From positions 64,115 to 128,114 of the forward strand of contig JACOZV010000002.1 in assembly GCA_016181175.1 (NCBI GenBank): a stretch of 64,000 nucleotides of DNA. The letters run 5' to 3'. The translations under genes and the position numbers were made by a program. The notes beneath the pieces are model-generated. The model was not told where the DNA came from. It was given only the letters and a program-made list of their open reading frames with translations, and searched no databases. This document shows positions 58,901 to 64,000 of this stretch, piece after piece (position 1 is the first letter of the stretch; the number at the start of each line of letters is the position of its first letter). The DNA comes from Candidatus Yanofskybacteria bacterium. GTDB taxonomy: Bacteria; Patescibacteriota; Minisyncoccia; 2-02-FULL-40-12; IGHO2-01-FULL-4-A.

Positions 58901-59352
58901 TATTTTTCTAAGTCTTTTATTTTATTTACCCTTCTGATATGTCTCTCCTCGCCAGAAAATTTAGTTTCTAAAAATGTTTTCACTATTTCTTTGGTCAATT
59001 CTTCATTGATATAATCTGCCGATACCGCTAACACATTGAGGTCCTCATCCTTTACCGAAGCTTTTACTTGCTCGGCGCTTGAAGCCGTACCGGCACGCAC
59101 GCCTTTGATTTTATTAGCCGCAATCGCGACCCCAATTCCGGACCCGCAAATCAAGATGCCTTTAGCGTCTTGACCCTGAGCTAGTCGAAGGGTTACCTTT
59201 TCTCCGACTGATTTTGAAAAATCCGGATAATCGTCATCTTTGTCATATTTAAAAGATCCTGCATCTTCAAACTCATATCCCCAATCCGAAAGGCAAGACT
59301 TAATCTTTTCTTTTAACTCATATCCACGATGATCGGCACCGAGATATACCAA
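58900..59352 (-). CDS. rpiB: ribose-5-phosphate isomerase B
   Basis: GADHRG, DYPD, CGSGIG..IAANK, RHIRRV. Confidence 0.95.
   Translation of the reverse strand: MVYLGADHRGYELKEKIKSCLSDWGYEFEDAGSFKYDKDDDYPDFSKSVGEKVTLRLAQGQDAKGILICGSGIGVAIAANKIKGVRAGTASSAEQVKASVKDEDLNVLAVSADYINEELTKEIVKTFLETKFSGEERHIRRVNKIKDLEK
59171..59192. repeat. in-frame REP-like element (same family) in rpiB
   Basis: Minus strand CCCTTCGACTAGCTCAGGGTCA; encodes LRLAQGQ. Confidence 0.65.
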
Positions 59353-59407
59353 GTAGAAAGTAGAAAGTAGAAAGTAGAATTTGATTCTAGATTCTATTTT
59401 CTAGATT
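59351..59407. repeat. heptamer tandem array with inverted partner
   Basis: (AAGTAGA)x4 followed by TTCTAGA TTCTATT TTCTAGA. Confidence 0.7.
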
Positions 59408-60380
59408 ATGTTTGTCTGTTTAAATACTGCACCGCGCTTAGTAGCGCTACGCAACCTTGCCCGGCGGCAATAACTATCTGTTTGAACGGAACATCAGTAA
59501 CATCTCCGGCGGCGTAAAGACCGGGGATATTTGTTTCGCAGTTTTTATTAACAACTATCTCGTAGAATTTGTTTTTTTCTACTTCCGGCGGGACTAAACC
59601 GGAATTAGGTATCATGCCGATATGTATAAAAATACCTTCAGATTTTATTTCCTGCGCGGCACCATTTTTGTCAGTATATTTTAGCCCTGTCACAAATTCT
59701 TGGCCCAAAATTTCTGAAGTATTGGCATCATAAATTATCTCAACATTTTGCTTAGTTTTCAAATTGTCAATTAGGACTTGATCACCCTTAAATTCCGGGT
59801 TCTTGTTAATCACATAAACCTTGCTGGCAATATCAGCCAGCATCAAAGCTGATTCAAGCGCGGAATTACCGCCACCGATTGTAGCTACTATTTTACCCTT
59901 AAATAACGGCCCATCACAAGTTGTGCAGTAACTCACACCCTTGTTGCGGAATTCTTTTTCGCCAGGCACATTTAATTCGCGTGGATGAACGCCCGTCGTT
60001 ACAAGGACGGCCCTTGTAGTATAGTCGTACTTGACCTTCGGGGCTTCTTGACTATCGGTTAATTTTTCTGCCGCCATTTTGAGTCCTGCCCCAGTTTTTG
60101 TGGTTATGCAAAATGTCCCATCGGGCATTTTGGTTATTCTCTCCACCTCCACGCCCTCTTCAATCTCAACCTTATACGAGTCAAGATGCGCGCGGAACTG
60201 TTGAGCAAGGGCTATACCGTCTGTTTTAATAATCCCCGGCCAATTAGCTATTTCGCCTGATGTAGCCACTTCACCGCCAAAATCCTTGGTGATTATCTTA
60301 AAATTCAAATTCCGTCTCGCAGCGTAGATTCCGGCAGTTGTAGCGGCGGCAGACCCACCGATTATAATCAGATCAAACAT
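59406..60380 (-). CDS. trxB: thioredoxin-disulfide reductase-like flavoprotein
   Basis: GVSYCTTCDG, IGGGNSA, AAGDVT. Confidence 0.85.
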   Translation of the reverse strand: MFDLIIIGGSAAATTAGIYAARRNLNFKIITKDFGGEVATSGEIANWPGIIKTDGIALAQQFRAHLDSYKVEIEEGVEVERITKMPDGTFCITTKTGAGLKMAAEKLTDSQEAPKVKYDYTTRAVLVTTGVHPRELNVPGEKEFRNKGVSYCTTCDGPLFKGKIVATIGGGNSALESALMLADIASKVYVINKNPEFKGDQVLIDNLKTKQNVEIIYDANTSEILGQEFVTGLKYTDKNGAAQEIKSEGIFIHIGMIPNSGLVPPEVEKNKFYEIVVNKNCETNIPGLYAAGDVTDVPFKQIVIAAGQGCVALLSAVQYLNRQT

Positions 60381-60422
60381 AAGAAAATTATAACATGTGT
60401 TTGAAAAAAATAAAAAAACAGG

Positions 60423-60824
60423 CTATGGGCCTGTGGGTTGGTGTGTATTAAAATCTTGCCAAAGTTCTTCCTCTTCTTTAGAACACCCTTGGAAACTGAA
60501 GGACATTGAAGCACCGGCAAATGCGTACAAAAGAATAAAAACCAACCATAAGTCGTTAGAAATGGGAAGCGTTGACACAGACAGTGGGGACACACTGAGT
60601 CCAAGAAGTAGAGCCAAAACCATAAGAAATAAGATGCCAATTGTTGCCCCGATAAAAGCCCGCTTGATTTTGGTTCTCTTTCTAATAGACACGAGCTGTT
60701 GACCATATTTTTCTTCGAAAAGTTTATTTTTCTTTTCTTCTCTTCTACATTCAACTAAATTCAATCCGCACTCTGGACAAAAATCTTCAGGATTCCCGCT
60801 TTCAATATCTTCCATGCTTCCCAT
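60423..60824 (-). CDS. hypothetical 2-TM protein with CxxC...C N-terminus
   Basis: FCPECGLNLVEC; two hydrophobic helices. Confidence 0.6.
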   Translation of the reverse strand: MGSMEDIESGNPEDFCPECGLNLVECRREEKKNKLFEEKYGQQLVSIRKRTKIKRAFIGATIGILFLMVLALLLGLSVSPLSVSTLPISNDLWLVFILLYAFAGASMSFSFQGCSKEEEELWQDFNTHQPTGP

Positions 60825-60853
60825 CTCCCATATTTTTAAGCTACTATTGATGT

Positions 60854-62260
60854 ATGGCTGAATACAAGAAAGTTTATCTTATAATTTTAATAATTACAAG
60901 CCTGGCCACTCATTTTTTGTTTTTCGGCCAGCCGCGGGAAACGGTGTTTGACGAGGTGCATTTCGGCAAATTTATCTCGGGATATTTCACCCATGAATAT
61001 TTTTTTGACATTCACCCTCCGCTAGGCAAGCTTCTGATTTCCGGGGTGGGCTATGTGTCTGGTTTTGAGCCGGGTTTCAGTTTCGCCCAAATCGGCCAGC
61101 AATTCCCCGATAACACTTATCTCTGGCTACGTCTCTTGCCTACTATTGCCGGCATGCTCCTGCCAATTGTAGTCTATTTTCTGATTCTGCAACTAGGAAT
61201 GTCGCGACTGGCGGCATTTGTAGGCGGAATGCTTGTTGTTCTAGAAAACGCCACGTTAGTCCAGTCGAGGTTCATCTTGCTTGATTCTTTACTGCTTTTA
61301 TTCGGTTTCTCGGCTCTGTTATTTTACTTTTTCTACCACCCACCCGCACAACATCGCATGTCGTACAAGTGGGGGTATTTGCTTTTAAGCGGCATTTTGA
61401 GCTCATTGGCGATTTCGGTTAAATGGACCGGCGCCTCTTTCTTGGCAATAATCGGCATGCTCTATCTAATTGATTGGCTTAATTCAGAAAAAAAACTAAT
61501 ACATTTAATAAGGGGGGTGGCATTTTTGTTTTTTGTGCCAGTCGTTATTTATTTTTCAATTTTTGCTTTACATTTTTCACTTCTAACCAAATCCGGCCCC
61601 GGCGACGCCTTCATGACTCCAACATTCCGCAAAACTCTTACCGGAAGCACAGACAGTAAAAACCCGGATCTTAAGCCACTCAATATTTTTGAAAAATTCA
61701 AAGAACTTAATTTTCAAATGTATAGGTCCAATGCCGGTCTGGCTGCAGGCCACCCCTATTCCAGCAAGTGGTACACCTGGCCGTTTATGATTAGGCCCAT
61801 ATACTACTGGAACCAAAGTCCAAATGACAAAGTCCAAATGACAAACGGCGGCCAACAATCTAAAATATATTTTCTGGGTAATCCTGTCATCTGGTGGACA
61901 TCTACAATAGCCATGTTTTTCTTAATCATCAGCCTAATCGCGCAAATATTTAGACGAGCACTATCAAAAATCATCAAAATGCGGATTCCGGTTTTGCTTG
62001 CTGGCGCATATTTTTTAAACATATTGCCCTTTGTCGGTATAAGGCGGGCAATGTTTTTGTATCACTACTTAATCGGTTTAATTTTTGCCATAATCGCTTT
62101 AGTTTATCTATTAGATCGGTTGCCAAATAAAAAAAGAGCTTTTATCGCTCTTTTGATCGTTAGTATCGCGGCTTTTGTTTTTTTTATGCCGCTAACTTAT
62201 GGCCTACCGCTCACTGAAAAATTATACAATCTACGGGTTTGGTTACAAACTTGGCTATAA
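60854..62260 (+). CDS. PMT/GT39 protein O-mannosyltransferase-like
   Basis: VFDEVHFGKF, FFDIHPPLGK, QSRFILLD, HPYSSKWYTWP, FLYHY. Confidence 0.88.
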   Translation: MAEYKKVYLIILIITSLATHFLFFGQPRETVFDEVHFGKFISGYFTHEYFFDIHPPLGKLLISGVGYVSGFEPGFSFAQIGQQFPDNTYLWLRLLPTIAGMLLPIVVYFLILQLGMSRLAAFVGGMLVVLENATLVQSRFILLDSLLLLFGFSALLFYFFYHPPAQHRMSYKWGYLLLSGILSSLAISVKWTGASFLAIIGMLYLIDWLNSEKKLIHLIRGVAFLFFVPVVIYFSIFALHFSLLTKSGPGDAFMTPTFRKTLTGSTDSKNPDLKPLNIFEKFKELNFQMYRSNAGLAAGHPYSSKWYTWPFMIRPIYYWNQSPNDKVQMTNGGQQSKIYFLGNPVIWWTSTIAMFFLIISLIAQIFRRALSKIIKMRIPVLLAGAYFLNILPFVGIRRAMFLYHYLIGLIFAIIALVYLLDRLPNKKRAFIALLIVSIAAFVFFMPLTYGLPLTEKLYNLRVWLQTWL

Positions 62261-62263
62261 AAT

Positions 62264-62884
62264 TCAAAAACTCACAGCCCTGGCTTTTTTATAAGCCTCT
62301 TCGGTAATTTCCCAATTCAAGTTTTTCCAAAATGCGGCAATATAAGCCTTGCGGTCTGAACCATGATCTATGAAATAAGCGTGCTCGTATACGTCTAAAG
62401 CAATGATAGGAATACAACCCCAGACGGCATGGTCGTGCGTGTCACCGTTGTATTGTTTGAGGTTTTTCTCATGTAAATCCCAAACTAGCACTGCCCAGCC
62501 GCGCGCAGCCATGGCACATTCGTTGAAGTATTTCTGAAAATTTTCAACCGAGCCCCACTTATCCGATATTGCCGCCGATAATTCCGGCGCTTTTTTGTGG
62601 TCCCCATCACCGCCAAGCGCGCCAAAAAACCACTCATGCAGATAAATACCATTGACGGCAAAACTCTCACCAAGCTTCAGCGCTCTTAATTTGCTGTAAG
62701 ACGTATTCCCACCAGGAGCCGTACCCCCTATAATCTCGCCTCTTAGCTTAACTAGTTCCTCACCAACCTCATTGGCTTTGTCGACGTAACCCTTATAAAG
62801 TTTGCCGTGGTGGATTTCGTTGGTTTTTTGGGAAATGCCTTCTAAATCCTTATCAAATGGCAGAGGTTTTAATTCATATGACAT
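62264..62884 (-). CDS. Fe/Mn superoxide dismutase family
   Basis: IHHGKLY, LHEWFF, LDVYEHAY. Confidence 0.88.
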   Translation of the reverse strand: MSYELKPLPFDKDLEGISQKTNEIHHGKLYKGYVDKANEVGEELVKLRGEIIGGTAPGGNTSYSKLRALKLGESFAVNGIYLHEWFFGALGGDGDHKKAPELSAAISDKWGSVENFQKYFNECAMAARGWAVLVWDLHEKNLKQYNGDTHDHAVWGCIPIIALDVYEHAYFIDHGSDRKAYIAAFWKNLNWEITEEAYKKARAVSF

Positions 62885-62889
62885 GGTTT

Positions 62890-63126
62890 TTATTTTAACT
62901 TGAGTGATTCACTAATTTTTTCACGGTCAAAACCGATTATAATTTGTCCGTTTATAATTATGACGGGTACGCCCATCTGGTGGGTCTTGTCTAACATCTC
63001 CTGGCGTTTGGCCATATCGTTAGCCACATCGTGTTCAGTATACTCTACATTATTTTTCTTGAAAAATTCCTTGGCCATTTTACAATACGCGCACCATGGG
63101 GTTGTATAAATTTCTACCGTGTTCAT
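62890..63126 (-). CDS. glutaredoxin-like (NrdH/YruB) protein
   Basis: YTTPWCAYC, GVPV, GFD. Confidence 0.9.
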   Translation of the reverse strand: MNTVEIYTTPWCAYCKMAKEFFKKNNVEYTEHDVANDMAKRQEMLDKTHQMGVPVIIINGQIIIGFDREKISESLKLK

Positions 63127-63189
63127 ATTTTAATTATACCAAAATTTTAATCAACAGCAAGGATTTTTTAGGATAAATAAAAAGCCCGC

Positions 63190-64000
63190 TTATTTATGCG
63201 AGCCCGATTGTTGACTTTTTAAGTGTAATCTCACCAAAAAAAGATTATCGCGAATTTCTTTATTATCAGGAAACCTTCGATTAAGCTCTTCCAATACGGG
63301 CAAAACTTCATTATCCATACGTCCGGCCTGTTTAACCAGAATATCCTGAAAAACAAATTTTTTATCCATTTCAACGTCCTTGGCCCACCAGTAGCCAGAA
63401 TTGCAAGCCATTGCCTGCCTTAGCCAGCGGAAAACATCTTCTTGTTTAAAGTCATCTCCCAAGATCTCATAAGTCTTTGATTTCCAGGCAATCGCCCATC
63501 TTTTATAAAACCCCTCGTAAGCAGCCTTATTAAGAAGGTGCTTGCTTAAAGCAAAGACGTATTTGGCAGAGCACAATGATCCATCAAGTTCCATTGTCCT
63601 TTTGAGGATTATCAAACTTTCCGCAGTCTCACGGTCAGATTCCGCGTAGGATTTCAGGCCAGACTCAAATTTCGCTATAAAACCGGCGTAACGGATTTTT
63701 ATCATTGCCCTAAGGAAAAGATTTTTAACGTCATTCGGATTGCCGGCAAGATTTTCTTGAGTTAATGCCAATCCCGCAAATACTTCTTCTTTAAACTTTT
63801 CCACCAAATATTGGGCATGCGTGTTTTTACGAACTGTGTCTATGTCCGCACTTTCAGTTCGTAATTGTGAGGGTAGGACTTTAGACAATTCTTGCCATAA
63901 AATTTCAGCTAACAATTGGCAAAAAAATGGTTCTTTAGGAAAAGCGGCTCGAAGTTCTTCCGCTTCTTTTCTGGCTTCCACGGTTTTGCCTGAATAGTAG
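63190..64000 (-). CDS. hypothetical helical protein, probably truncated at its 5' end by the window edge
   Basis: Frame of ORF 63190-63981 stays open to the end of the window. Confidence 0.65.
   Translation of the reverse strand, partial: YYSGKTVEARKEAEELRAAFPKEPFFCQLLAEILWQELSKVLPSQLRTESADIDTVRKNTHAQYLVEKFKEEVFAGLALTQENLAGNPNDVKNLFLRAMIKIRYAGFIAKFESGLKSYAESDRETAESLIILKRTMELDGSLCSAKYVFALSKHLLNKAAYEGFYKRWAIAWKSKTYEILGDDFKQEDVFRWLRQAMACNSGYWWAKDVEMDKKFVFQDILVKQAGRMDNEVLPVLEELNRRFPDNKEIRDNLFLVRLHLKSQQSGSHK

Overview
AT-rich bacterial chromosome segment using genetic code 11. Gene content points to a Patescibacteria/CPR (Parcubacteria-like) genome (inference): short AlaRS, a baseplate-J-like CPR protein, tRNA-linked HTH/LAGLIDADG-like genes and many apparently leaderless genes. 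Core genes include rpsK-rpsM-rpmJ-infA, alaS, hup, rny, gpmI, mnmA, murJ, groESL with a CIRCE box, uvrC, secG, rnj, trpS, murC, ychF, a sugar-phosphate block (rpiB, D-2-hydroxyacid dehydrogenase, rpe, pfkB, fba), trxB, sod and grx, plus five intact tRNAs (His, Arg, Pro, Gly, Leu). Unusual features: (1) a tRNA cluster in which two truncated tRNA 5' halves are each paired with a nuclease gene and an intact, sequence-diverged tRNA, a candidate tRNA-replacing homing cassette; (2) a ~480-nt structured non-coding unit with its own promoter and terminator (55.55-56.04 kb) and a second ~250-nt one (42.0-42.3 kb); (3) at least six copies of a 70-114 bp CCCGTTAG...CTAACGGG miniature element, several at start codons or -35 boxes; (4) short palindromes inserted in frame in housekeeping proteins; (5) a mxaRSACKL-like MoxR/vWA operon with no visible client enzyme; (6) an eight-gene orphan membrane/coiled-coil operon; (7) two expression grammars, leaderless core genes versus boxA-like plus Shine-Dalgarno accessory cassettes. 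All calls come from manual motif reading; no database searches or folding software were run.
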